Shown here piece by piece: positions 23,200 through 35,900 of a DNA stretch of 64,000 nucleotides (its first letter is position 1; each line of letters opens with the position of its first letter). The DNA lies in contig JAQFVV010000004.1 of assembly GCA_028023455.1 (NCBI GenBank), positions 17,980,001 through 18,044,000 on the forward strand. Direction: 5' to 3'. The notes below the pieces were generated by a model. It did no database searches. It was not told the origin of the DNA and worked only from the letters and a program-made list of their open reading frames with translations. This DNA comes from Epiperipatus broadwayi (lineage: Eukaryota; Animalia; Onychophora). The translations under genes were made by a program, and so were the position numbers.

Positions 23200-24860
23200 A
23201 GGAGATTTCAGTGGGCAGAGAAAAATCAAGACCTTTATTGTAGTTTTCATCCAAGACAATAATCATGAAGAACCAGCAAAGTAACTTCAGTCTACTGGAA
23301 AATGAATTCTCTGTCAATTAGTTGATCACCACTGATAGAAGAGGAAAATAATGTGTCATTCAATGAACACCTGAAAAATTACAATTTGAAATATGAAATC
23401 TTTCAAAAAGTGTGGAAAGTTTGAAAAAAGAGATTGAAAGATTATAAATGAGTATGGTTGGTATAAATAAATCTATATGGCCAAATAGTGGAGACTTTTT
23501 GAGTGATTTTCTTAGATGGCCAGCAGGATAAATGGGCATCAATTTAGCTTTGATAGAAACATAGGGTAGCAAATTACTTATAGATAGAGACATAGTAAAA
23601 GAATAATCTTGGTAAAAATAATATCAAACCGAGAAATATCACTTTAATTCTGATATATATATATACCAACATCAACTTATAAAGATGAATAAAGAATAAA
23701 CAAGTTGAAATACTTACAAAAATAAAAGATTAGGAAAATTTGATTATTATGGAAAATTGGAATGCTGTTGTTGATGAGGGAAGGCAAAGGAAAATAGCAA
23801 GGAATTTTGGCCTTGATATAGAAAATGAAAGAGGGAAAACATTTGGAATTTTGTATGTCATGATATTATTAAATGCAAATATATTTTTTGAGCAACCATA
23901 TAGAAGATATACATGGAAAATGCCAGGTAACAATGGATATCTGCTGGATTATATTCTTAATTCCAAAGAGTTTTAGTAGTACAGGTTAAGTTGTGCAAAT
24001 ATTATCCAGGGGTAAATGTGAATTCTGATTACCCTCTGATTGTGATGTTGAGCTATCATATATGGATTATAAAAAAATTAAGCTAAAAGGAGGTGGAAAT
24101 TTGATCTAGTTAAAATCAGATAAAGAGGTTCAGCTAAATTTCATGGAGGTGATGGATGAGTTTTTGCATGATATGAAACTAGATAATGTAGTATAAATGG
24201 AAGATATAAATAATGAAGAAAAATTATTCAAGCAGTGAAGTTCTTTGGGAAAGAAGAAAAAAATACCATGCAAGCCATGGGTAATAAGAAAAAAATTGAA
24301 TTTGATAGAATAGAAACAGTGCAAAATAGCAAAAAAGTAGTATAGAAAACTTAGGAATCACATTAATAGAGAGGCCAGAAATGCAAAAGAATAATTGATA
24401 GATTTTTGTAGAAAGATAGATGATAGTATAAAAGAGAAAAATTGGAAAAGGAATACAATGATATTTGAAGCCAATGTAGAATTATAAAGAAGGCACTGAA
24501 TACAATTAAAATCCAAGAAGCTGAAGTACTGAAATAATTAAAATGAAATTGAGAAGCAATAGCATAAGAATGTAGAAGAATCATATGTAAGAAATAAAAG
24601 AAGTAACTCGTTGCTTGTAGAAAAAATTTATATGGGGTGTTTTGACTTGGGACCATCAATTTTGAGTTCCGAATTTGAAAAAGCCTTTGAGGAATTGAAG
24701 TTAAGGAAAACTAGTAATAAATAGAATTCCAGCTAAGATATTAATATCCTTGGGAGGAGACAAAATTCGTAAATTACTAAATGAGATGTATATGACTGGA
24801 GAAAATTCAAATGAATTATGATGTTATTTCAGTAATGCCCTCTGTGAACAAATATAAATT
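23200..24860 (+). mobile_element. RTE-clade LINE, 5' part (APE endonuclease and start of RT), degenerate
   Basis: GKFESLKKEIERL-like and WPNSGDF motifs; ORF 23740-23976 MENWNAVVDEG...FGL..ENERG...NIFFEQPYRRYTWKMPG...LDYIL. Confidence 0.85.
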
Positions 24861-26985
24861 CTGAACTTATATTTATTAATAGAGGATGTTGCTGAAATAT
24901 TTTGACATCGTATGATGAGGAAATAGAGTGTAGTTCTAGAGAAGAATTAGAAACATATCTTAAATAATTATGTAATGGATATAGAAATGATATTAGATGT
25001 AAAGGATAGAGTGTTAAAAAATAAAAAAGCATATAGTAATAGAAATATTAGGTTTACAGAAAATTAATGAGGCAGAGAAGAAATTGAAAAGTGGAAAGCC
25101 TAAGAGGTTTAGATGGATGGGAAGCAGAGATGGTGATAAATTTATGAATTAGGGCAAAATTAAATCTATTATCATGTTTTAATAAGATGGCACAGAAGAG
25201 AGAATTTCCAGATAGCTGGAATAATACAGGAGTAAGACTACTATTTAAAGGAAAGGATAAGGGTCATAGCAAATTAAACAATTACAGACCTATAGTGTTA
25301 ACATCAGTGTTGTATGAAGTTTTTGCATATACGGTGACTGGAAGCATCACAAAATGAATGGAAGAAGATAATATAGTGGGAGAAATGGAAGGAGTTTTTC
25401 TATTGGATAGGCATTTAGGAGGTAGTAGTCAAACAATTTATAGATAAAGTAGACAATTATATATGGTCTTTATAGATATAGAGAAAGCATATGGTAGAGT
25501 AAATATAAATAGATTATGGATAAGTTTAATAAATTTGGGAATGGAGTTCTAGAGAATTTTATTAAGAGATTATACGAAAATAATTACATATCAATTAGGA
25601 AATATAGAATCAGTTAAAGTTAAAAATGGGGTTGGACTAAGGCAAAGATATCCTATATCATCTAATCTGTTTTTGTTATATTTGAGAGAAATGGAGAGAG
25701 CAATAGAAAGATTAATAGATGGCAATGGAGTATATACATTATCGGATCTTTTATTTACTGATGATATCTTGTGCATAGAAAGTAGGGAAGATATGGAAGT
25801 TATGCTGAAGATGTGCAAGTGTGGGTAAAAAGATTAAATTTAGTGAAGAAAAATCAAAAGTAATGAGAATAAATGCTGGGGAAAAAGAAGAGAAAGAATT
25901 TTTATTTTATTGGGGGATGTAAAGTTAAATGGGAACAATAGGTATAACTATTTGGGAATTGTCTTAAGTAATCAGAGAAATTACTTGGATGAATGGGAGA
26001 AAAAATTGAGAAATGAAGCAAAGAAAAGTAAGGGACTGATAAAGTAATTAACTGTTTTCATATAATAAATATGATGTAGCTAGAGTTGTATGGAAGGGAG
26101 TGGCAGTAGCAGGGTTAACTTATGGTAATGATGGGTTTTGTGTTAGTAAAGTAGTAAGACATGCATTAGTCGCAGATGTATGGATGGCAAAGGAGACAAT
26201 TCAAGGAGAAATGAAGTTTTTATATGAGAGATGCAAAAAGCAAAATGAAAATGTTTGGTTGGGTTATGAGTAAATGACAGGCAACAAGATGGGTGAGAGA
26301 GGTTATGGTATGCAGAATATTTGAATAAAATCTTTATGTCAGTAAACTTATACAAAAGATGGGATGATTGTGTTAGTAGAACTGTTGAGTGTTATAGTGA
26401 CAACAAATGGGATAGAAAAATAAATGCATTAGTAAAAAATAGGGAGTTGAAGAGATGGAGAACTAGTATGGAGTGTAAAAAGAGTTTAAATATATAAAGA
26501 AGTAAACAAAATATTGGGTGTGTTAATTTACAATAATAGTAAGGAAAGAAGTTTACTGTTTAAGGCTCGAACAGGATTGTTAGCAACAAGGTAATATATA
26601 TATATATAAATGGAGAAATGTGGGTGATTTAGTCTACAAGTTATGTAAGGAAGGCATGGAAAATACTGGCATCTGCTAATTAAATGTAAATGCTTACAAG
26701 CAGAAAGGGTACAAATAATGAAGTTGTGGGAGAATAAATATAAACAAAGTGATTGCACAGAAAATGGGAATTTGGTTTTTATGATAGGTTTGTGAAAAGA
26801 TAGGGAGGATTTAGATATAAAGGCCATAGAGTTGACAAAGATTATGTTATGGAAATATGATAAAACAGGATAGAGAAGAATGTGGGAAAAACGGAAATGG
26901 AATGGGAGCCGTGGAGCAGTATCTTCAGATTTTGAGAAAATTATATCGATAGCAATTCCACCTCTCTTAAAAAAAAAAAAAAATG
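24860..26985 (+). mobile_element. Second LINE RT fragment inserted into the RTE element, ending in poly(A)
   Basis: Motifs FPDSWN, NYRPIVLTSVLY, FIDIEKAY, GLRQ, FTDDI and YLG occur in order, with an A-run at about 26969-26982. The host RTE frame (CEQY / NLSL..HTLKF) resumes on the other side. Confidence 0.75.
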
Positions 26986-26989
26986 GAGT

Positions 26990-28080
26990 CAAAAAAATTT
27001 GAGCTTGCCTCCACATACTTTAAAATTTTTAGGTAGAATTATTTAAAACCAGCAAATTGAAAAAAATACTAGATAATCATTTTTAGATTTATGGGAGTAT
27101 GAAGGAAGCAATTTTCAGCCTTTAAATACTGATTGAGAAATTCTTGAGAATAAGGAATAATGATTTTAAGTTGAATAGAAAAAGCATGTGATAATGCAAA
27201 CTGAAATATAATGTCCAGAATATTAAAAAATATGACAGTAGATTTTATAGATATATGACTAATATATCTAAATGAGAATCAAACATTATTGGAAGATAGA
27301 ATGATGATACTAAAAGAAAAGGTATAAGACAAGGTTGTGGTCTATCATCTTTGCTTTTTAATACTTATATTGAAAAAGTCATAAAAGAATTTAGTAGTAA
27401 AATAAAGGGGAGGGAGGTAGTGGCTTGAAAATAAATGGCAAATTATTTAGTAGATACACTTTGTGGATAATATGATTTTTAATAGAAGGAATGATACTGA
27501 TCTACAGCTGATGTTAAAGAAACCTGATGAATCGGTTTTAAAAAAAGTGCAATGTAAAAATTAATAGAGAAAAAACAAAACTGATGAAATGTTCCAGAGA
27601 ATGAAAACAGGTGGATAAAAGTAGAGATAAATATTAGAATTGCAAAAGCCAAAAGAGCTTTCAACAAGAAATGTGGATTATTAAATAAAAATTATATCCT
27701 TATATTAAAAAAAAACACTTCATCAAAAGCTATATTTAGAGTGTAACCTAATATGTGTCTGAAACATGAAAAAACAATGCTTAGTTGTTTAAAAAACAAA
27801 TTAACAGCCTTTGAGATGTAATATTAGCTCTCATGATGAAAATAACATGAATAGCCAGGGTGAAAAATAAGAAAGTTCTGATTGGAAAGGATAATAGTAT
27901 TTTGGTGATCATCATTCAAAGAAGAAACAGTATGTTTAGTCAATTGATGACACATTCAGAATAATCTATTGTTGGAGAGAAGACCACTAAGGGGAAGGCT
28001 TAAGATAAAATATATGAGGGTAGATAGGGTGAATAGTATTCATGGAAAGAAGGCTGAAAACCTATGAGTTGAAGAAAGAA
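26990..28080 (+). mobile_element. RTE-clade LINE, 3' part (RT), degenerate
   Basis: KGIRQGCGLSSLLFNTYIEKVIKEF and FVDNMI motifs; RIAKAKRAFNKK; GRL-like 3' end. Confidence 0.8.
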
Positions 28081-28579
28081 GAGAAAAATCATTAATAAAA
28101 ATAATTATTATCCTTGTCTTTTTATAATTAAAGATATATTAACATTTTTCACTTTAGGTATGGATATATATATATAGCTTATTTAGGTAATATAAATCAT
28201 AAATTATACACTATAAAGTAAAATTTGTACCGCCTAAATTTCTGCCATATATTATGGCCATTATTACGGGATTACAATCTTCTATGAGGAAAAGCAAAAA
28301 AATTATATAACATGAAAAAAACAACAAGTTATTACAAATTCTGAATATAATAAGGTAAAGAAAAAGATAAAACAGAATGTAAGCTTTAAAAAATACGCAT
28401 TTTATAATTATTGAAAAGGCTTCACATGAATAAAGTGAATGAATTTAATAGGAAAAATATCTATTAAATAAATATATATATATTGAAACAGTTATGTGTG
28501 TCATGGCATACAACAACATAGTGGTGTGTGTGTGTGCACATATATATAAAATAAAATGTCTGCTAATATTAATAATACA

Positions 28580-28825
28580 ATAACGAAACTTGAATATATT
28601 CCAAATAACTGTAAACAACTTATAATATAAATAAAAACTCATAGAGAAATATTTTCAATTATATTCATAATCATTATCAATTCAACTCAAATTTCAAAAT
28701 GTAATCATCTATTACCAACTGGAAACACATGTCGATTTAAATATCCCACAATTCATTAATCCTAACATTTGTTGATTATCTATTTATTATCGTATTTTAT
28801 TTGGAATATATTCAAGTTTTGTTAT
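28580..28825. repeat. 29-bp inverted repeat pair (1 mismatch), ~190-bp spacer
   Basis: ataacgaaacttgaatatattccaaataa (28580-28608) versus ttatttggaatatattcaagttttgttat (28797-28825). Confidence 0.75.
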
Positions 28826-30110
28826 ATATATATGTTTCCCCTCTCTTCCAAAAAAACATTTTTAATTTTTATAAACTATACATTTTCTTACTAATTCTTT
28901 ACAGTCAAAAAAAATATATATATTTTTCATCTTCATTTCACTTTTTCACATTTGCTTACCAATTCCAAATAATTCTAGCTCAACGTCAACTGAATCTGTC
29001 TTCTATTTAGCATAATAAACTTTATACTTTAAATTCTAAGCTATTATTTAATAACACAGATTAATTATATGAACAATATTAGAACTCAGTTTGCTGAGGG
29101 ATAAAGGTCAAACTCCTTGTATTGTATGTTTCTTTAGTTCCATTAGGGGTGGCGAGCATAAAGGCATTCTCCCTTACTTGACTGATAATTTGAGAGTCTA
29201 TCTTACAAGTAGAAATTTTTTCTGAACTTATTTCTTTGGACATTGCTAACATTAGGGGTATGTACTAGTACAAGGTCATTTACTGTAAATGGATGTGATT
29301 TTGATTTAGACTGTGTTACTCTCTTCTGACCCATTAACTTCAGTTGGTCCCTAGCTTTAATAATGTCAATACAAACTATCTCCTGCAAAGGAGTGAGCAA
29401 TGGAGTTCTAATAATCAATAGTTCATGTCTTCCATAATGCAACCTGATAGGAGTGAATCCAGTGGATTCATTAAAAGTTATATTTATAAAGTTCACTATC
29501 TCAGGAAGTTTATTGACCCATTGTTTATGATCATCTGTGATATAGACCTTATAGAATCTACCAAGCTCATGCATAACGCAATCACAAGGGTTGGACTGTG
29601 GATTCTGTATGGAACTCATAACATGTTTAATGCCCTGAGGTTGAATCCACCTATTCCATGTATTTGATATAAAAGCAATGGCATGATCAATCAAAATTAA
29701 ATCAGGTTCATCTACTAATGAAAACTGATAATTAGTGAGGCACCTGATAACACTCTTGGCATCAGTCTTTGATACTGCAAATGCTAAAACAAATTTAGAA
29801 AACACATTTGCAACTAATATAAACTTTTGCCTGTTGAATGATGGAAGAGGCCTATAAAAATCGAGTGCTAACAACTCATTATGTCGATCCGGAATTATGG
29901 GTTGCAAAACACCAACAAAAGATTTAGCACAATAATTAGGCTTTAGACAAATATTACAACCTCTAATTATTTTAATTATACTTTTATACATTTGTGTCCA
30001 ATAAAAATAATCTTTTTAAGACATAAAAATTTTTGGGGGCACCATAGTGTCCATATTTATAATGAGCATAATTTACTAACTTATTAACTAGATTTTGAGG
30101 AATTATAATC

Positions 30111-31788
30111 GGTAAAAGCCTGAAATCCGGGCACAGCCACTTGGTGCATTGTTTATGTGTCAAAACACACAAAAATTCCGTTCATGGCGGCCGCGGCTTT
30201 ACGAGCTAATACAACATTTACGTATTGTATTAACCCATTGAGCTAGGCCGCTTTACATGACATTGCACAAAAATATTATGGCCTGTTTTGTGCTTCGAAG
30301 CTATTTATGCGTATTCGTTTTGCTTGAGGGTGTTTAAATTTCAAGGTGGTACTACTTTTTCAAATCTCCGTAATAGAGTAATGTCATTTCGATTTAAAAA
30401 ATGTTGTTAATTATTAATAATTGTCATATGGTCCCCACCCTTCCCGAAAAAAAGATTAATATGTAAAAAATTGGCAAAGTGTATGTTCGAACACGTTTCG
30501 ACAAAGCTCACGCGCTAAATCATGTCTCAGCGTGGGGGGGAAATATTCGAGACCACTAAAAGGTCTGAGACAAACGTGCAATTTTGAAACTTTTCTTCAG
30601 ATAAATTGCCGAGTACAGAAAGTGTGTGAGATTGTGGTTTTTTTTTTGTCAGGCACATGTAATGCCCACTTTTTATTACAACAATAAAATCGAATAAATA
30701 ATTTTAAAAAGTCCAAAGTTTGTGTCCTTTTTTGTTGTTTTTTATTTCATTAGAAATTGTTCATTAGAAATTGACAAGTATTTGGATTCAATTTTTTGCA
30801 GCGGGGTTAAAATAAATGACGACTTTGGTTGACTTTTTGTTAAGAATAACAAATTACGAAATATCCCCCCACACCCACCCCCAAAAGCAGTTTATTGTAG
30901 AAGGCTAAAAAAAAAAAAAGGTAATTCAAACGAAATAGAAATCAAAGTAAAAAGTGAGAAAAAGTTGTTTCAAAAAAAGGAAAAAAAGTTAAATTCTTGA
31001 CTTTTTGGTTACAATTCTTTTTCCGAGTGTGTGGGGGTGGGTGTTTGAAAACAATTTTTTAATCGGCAAAAACACAAAAGTAAATTTTGATTTAATATTA
31101 AGAAAAACAATTACATCAACCAAAAAGAAATCAAAATTCGAAACAAAGTCCCAAAGTTGATTCTCTTTTTTCAGCGCTGTTAAAATAATTGACTATTTTT
31201 GTTGGCCTTTTTGTTAATAATAACAGTACGAATCCCCTCCTCCCCCGCTCAAAAAGCTGTTTCTTGTAGTAGCCAAAAAAAAAAGGTTAATTCAAACATA
31301 ATCTAAATCAAAGTGAAAACAAGTTGTGTTTAAAAAAAAAGTAAAAATAATAATAAGAAAAATCATTTAGTCAAAGCCAAAAAAATAAAATAAAGGTAGA
31401 ATTAAGTTCTAAACAAGTCACAAATAATTGTACTGTATTCTATTTTTTCAGCGGTGGGATTCAAACAAATTTTATTGACGTCGTGAAATGGTCCAAAGTT
31501 TTCAAATAATAAAAAGAAAAAAGAAAATTAGCAAAATTTGTTGAAAAAATATCAGGTTCCAAAAAACCCACAAAAAGTAACAAAAATGAATATCAAAATT
31601 TGTTTAATAATAAAAAAATCATGTTCTAAATGAATAAAAATTATTCGTTTAATCAATATTAGAAAAAAAAAAAAACCTTGTTGTATAAAAAAATGAAAAG
31701 GTTGTGGCGGCCCGGTTACATTATATTTCATTGATTTTGTCTAGCATCAACGCTCCAAGCGGCTTTGCCCGGATTTCAGGCTTTTACC
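30111..31788. mobile_element. Non-autonomous TIR DNA transposon with 8-bp TSD (Merlin-like by end signature) inserted in Gypsy pol
   Basis: ~41-bp TIRs ggtaaaagcctgaaatccgggca(c/a)agcc; exact TSD ttataatc at 30103-30110 and 31789-31796; internal ~375-bp diverged repeats; no ORF. Excising it rejoins the integrase zinc-finger region. Confidence 0.85.
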
Positions 31789-32856
31789 TTATAATCCTAC
31801 AGGAATTAATTATGAGCAATTTTAGTTTTATATATTAAGATGTTTTGACTCAATTTATAATGATTTAATATCCTTTTTATATATTTCTTAGAAGTATTAA
31901 TATTTACAGGATTTTTTAAAATTGCTATAATTTTACCTAATTTTACATGTTGATTTTGAGTTATAGCTAGATTACTATAATCATTTGCTATAGACTCATT
32001 CAATAGGACATTTATATTATTGATATAAATGTTTTTAGTATCAGGATGCTGAGGTATAAGACAGACAGGATGGCAACTAAGAACATCAGCAGTGATATTC
32101 TTAATTCCTTCAACATATACAATACTATAATTAAACTGTTGTAGGTATAAACTCCACCTAATGAGTCTCTCATTATCGAGATAGCTCTTACATAGAAGAT
32201 CTAAATTCCTATAGTCCGACAAAACAATCACTTCAGAGCCTAACAAGAACTGGCATAGCTTTTGAAATGCCCACACTATTGCTAAGGTTTCTTTTTCCAT
32301 GATGGAGTAGTTCATCTCAATCCCTCTTAAATGCCTGCTTAAAAATATAAGATCTGGGCCTCTGATAATCATCAAGCTAATGCAACACTACTCCCAGACT
32401 ATAGTGACTACTGTCTATTTTCACAAAGAACTTTTTGCTAAAATCTGGATAAGACAATATTATTTTCTTAAAAAATGTTTTCTTAATTTTATCAAATTCT
32501 TTAGTATGTTCAGTGGTGCAACTCCACTTTTCTGACTTTTTCAACAATAAGGGATAAATATTTAGTATCCTCAGCAAAATTCTCATAAAATTTATCATAG
32601 TAATTGCATAGACCTAGGAAAGACTTAAGTTGCTTTTTCATCTTTGGTATAGAGAAATTTTGTATAGCAGCAATCTTTTCAGGATGGGATTTGATACCAT
32701 ATTCATTGATCCAGAAAAGTAATTTCTTTTGCAGCTATAGTGCATTTCTCTAAATTAATTTTTACATTATGAGAGGAACACTCTTGGAAAAACATCTAGG
32801 TTCAGACATCTGATCAAGCCAGCACTCCTATTAACAAGACCAAAGGGCATCCTTTT

Positions 32857-32926
32857 TTTCTTTATGTGTCAAAACATCAGTCGGGAAACGAACCCTAGCT
32901 GTACTAACCACTCAGCCACCAATGCA
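32857..32926 (-). mobile_element. Short tRNA-derived SINE copy inserted in Gypsy RT
   Basis: Minus strand gcattggtggctgagtggttag (A box) ... gggttcgtttccc (B box) gactgatgttttgacacataaagaaaa; TSD catcctttt at 32848-32856 and 32927-32935. Confidence 0.85.
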
Positions 32927-35900
32927 CATCCTTTTAAAGACATGATTGTCCCTCAGAACGAAAAGCCATATACTTTTGGTTTTCATTATGCAGTGGTATT
33001 TGACAATAACTAGCTGTCAGATCAAATGTAAAGAAAATTGACCTCTGTTTGAATTTTATCAGGTGGTCATGTTCAGAAACAGTTATTTGATTAAAAATTC
33101 GAGCATCAAGACGGACTCTAATTGTACCATCTTTCTTCCTTATTATAATCAAAGTGTTAACATAATCAGATGAACATTTTTGAATAATTTTCAACTCTAA
33201 CATCTGTACTTCTGCCTGATACTGATAAGGTATAGGATACATTTTCTGAAGGAAATGTTCATTATCTTTCAATTTAATCTGATGGGTATATCCCCTTATC
33301 AAATCTGGGACTTTTGAAAATATGCTATTATAGCAGCACATCAATTGGTATAATTTTTCTCCTAAATTTAAATTGATAAGGAAAATATGATCAATTGTTA
33401 GCTTTAATGCTACTATCAGTTGATGTGCTTTGGATGCATAACAATTGACTAGGAGATTATGCAATCCAAATTTAAAACTTAGTTTTTCATCTTTGCATAA
33501 GAACAATTTATTTTCATAATACAATTTGTGATTAAATCCAGGCATAATCAAGAAAAAACATGCCCAAACTCAGACTGGTTTAGTTTGAAATTAATCCAGA
33601 CCTGCTTGTTTGAAAGCTTGGGCTGCTTTCCATTAGCCAGATTAACTTATATCTGTTGATTAATAGGCAGGAATGGTATACAATTATTTACATGTGCTAC
33701 TACCTGAGTAATTAATGATTTCTTAGGAGTTTTACTTAATAATGTAATAAATGTGTTTATTTGATTATTATTTGTGAAAATAAATATATAACTTATTAAG
33801 TTAATTTTTTTTTAAATGAAAAAAGACATTGTTGACAAAAGACTGTTGACAAGGTGATATGCTCTGGGTTAAGTTATAGAATTAAAGGAAATGAAATAAC
33901 ATGTTCAATATCTAATTGTTATTGAAAATGAGAATGGTATGCTTCAGGAGTGATGGAGTGAGACATGATATATTAATTCTATTCTTGTTGTTAGAAGAAT
34001 AAGGATTCTATTTTTATCAGCTATATTCTCATAAAAACTTCTACTATGTTTGATTTCAAAAATAGTGTAAGTTGAAGTTTATATTTTGAACAATTGAATA
34101 CTCATTAGAAGAAATTTCTTATATTTGTTCAAAGAAAGTAATCTAAATATATATTTTGTGTTCTATAAAAAATTGTTTGAATTATGTTTTAAAATCTAAA
34201 CAGCATCTTAAAAAAAAGAACATGTTTATACAAACTTCATTCAAATTTAATGTACTTTAATTATAAAGAAAATGCAGTGGTAAACACAAATTTATCATGG
34301 GATAGATAAAATGCACTTGCCTAATCAAATATATATGTGGGAATAACATCGTTTGCTGAATGCCTTAAAATTATAAAAAAATTAGATCTTCAAAATGGAA
34401 TTATAAATGTTAATGAAGGAACTTTGTATAATGAAGATGAATATAAAGATGAAACTAAATGTCAACTTAGGATATCCTAATATTATTCTCTTTAATGTTT
34501 AACAACAAAGGAATCAAAAAACTGCGTCTTCGAAGGATTTTCATTTCCGAGGAACATTAACTTTTGTAAATACCATTTAAGATTTTTGAAAATTATAATT
34601 AGGAAAGTTAATTTCATTTTCTTTATATGTATTATTTATTATAAAATGAATAATAAGAGAGAATTAATAATTTAGAATATTTTTGTTTTTATTTATGATT
34701 AATAAAGATTTAAATATCGGTTAATAAATGTTAATTTTGGGAACAGGATAATGTGAACTAGAGGTAAGAATTAAATTATTTTTAAATCAATATTATTTTT
34801 ATGCATGACACTATGTTTATACTAATCTAAATAGTTTAATAACAGTAATGTATGATAAATGAATAAATGATTAAATTGTTGTGAAGTATATATTTTTATA
34901 TTAATAAATATAAATTAAGACAATATTTTAATGAATGAAGGTATTATATAAAATGATTGGTTATTATTTGTATAACCAATTATTGTAAAATAATGTTAAT
35001 ATAAATGTCTAAATATTAGGATTTATATTCTATATACATTGTAAAATCAGTAGTGTTATAGGTTTAGAAAATATATCTACCATAAGCAAAGAGAATGTTT
35101 ATATTTTTAATATAAGGAGGTAGATATATAAATATTTATATATATATATATATTATAAAATTTAAATTATTTAATTGTTAAATAAATAATTAAATTTTTT
35201 TATATTAAATGAAGTCTTCAATTTTGTTTTATTTGAATTAAAGAGTTAGTGAGATTTGTTGTTAATATTACTTTAAAATATTGATAGGACCCCCTGAAGA
35301 GAGTAAAGTGTTAAACTTCCCTGAGTTCGAAATCTGAGCATAACGGTGAAGTTAATTAAGGTGAAAAGTGATTTGATGTGGTTTAGATATAATAATTTTT
35401 TTTTAAATAATAAATTAGTTATTGGGAACAAATATAGTTTTATATCAAAATTAAATCACATCATTCATGATCATATGAAGACTTAAATCTGATATAGTGA
35501 GATGTGAATTATATTTGTTGAGAGGGGGATACCTTACATACTTATCCCCTCCTTAGACATTTTAATGACAGGGCAATTATATAGTATAGGTGGTTCACTG
35601 AACTCAAGTAGTTCTAAATAATCTAAATCGAGGGTATTTAACAACCACATCTCATTATCCCTCATACTGTTTGCATAAGGATCCTGTAGTGAGAAACTAT
35701 TATACAAGGTCCAACCTAGTTTGATGTCCCAGCTTTACTCTGGGCTTTCCCATCAGACTTTTTTAGCATAGTGGTTATTCCACTTGTGGAAGGTTGAATG
35801 ATTTGGGGAATTGTTTTGTTTTTTATCTTTATAATTTTTTTTTAATTATTGGGAGACCTAACTCTATAATTAGACCATAACCATAATCACCGAATGTCTT

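Larger units (their letters stand above)
21725..23230. promoter_or_regulatory. CpG-retaining, probably bidirectional promoter region
   Basis: CpGs are visibly frequent here against a CpG-poor background. Two outward-facing AAGATGGC motifs (YY1/TISU-like) overlap ATGs at 22432 (-) and 23053 (+). Confidence 0.6.

Noticed and set aside
35293-35335. CTGAAGAG...CGAAA hammerhead-like spacing
   Set aside because: Stem II is weak and there is no stem III/UH triplet or stem I.
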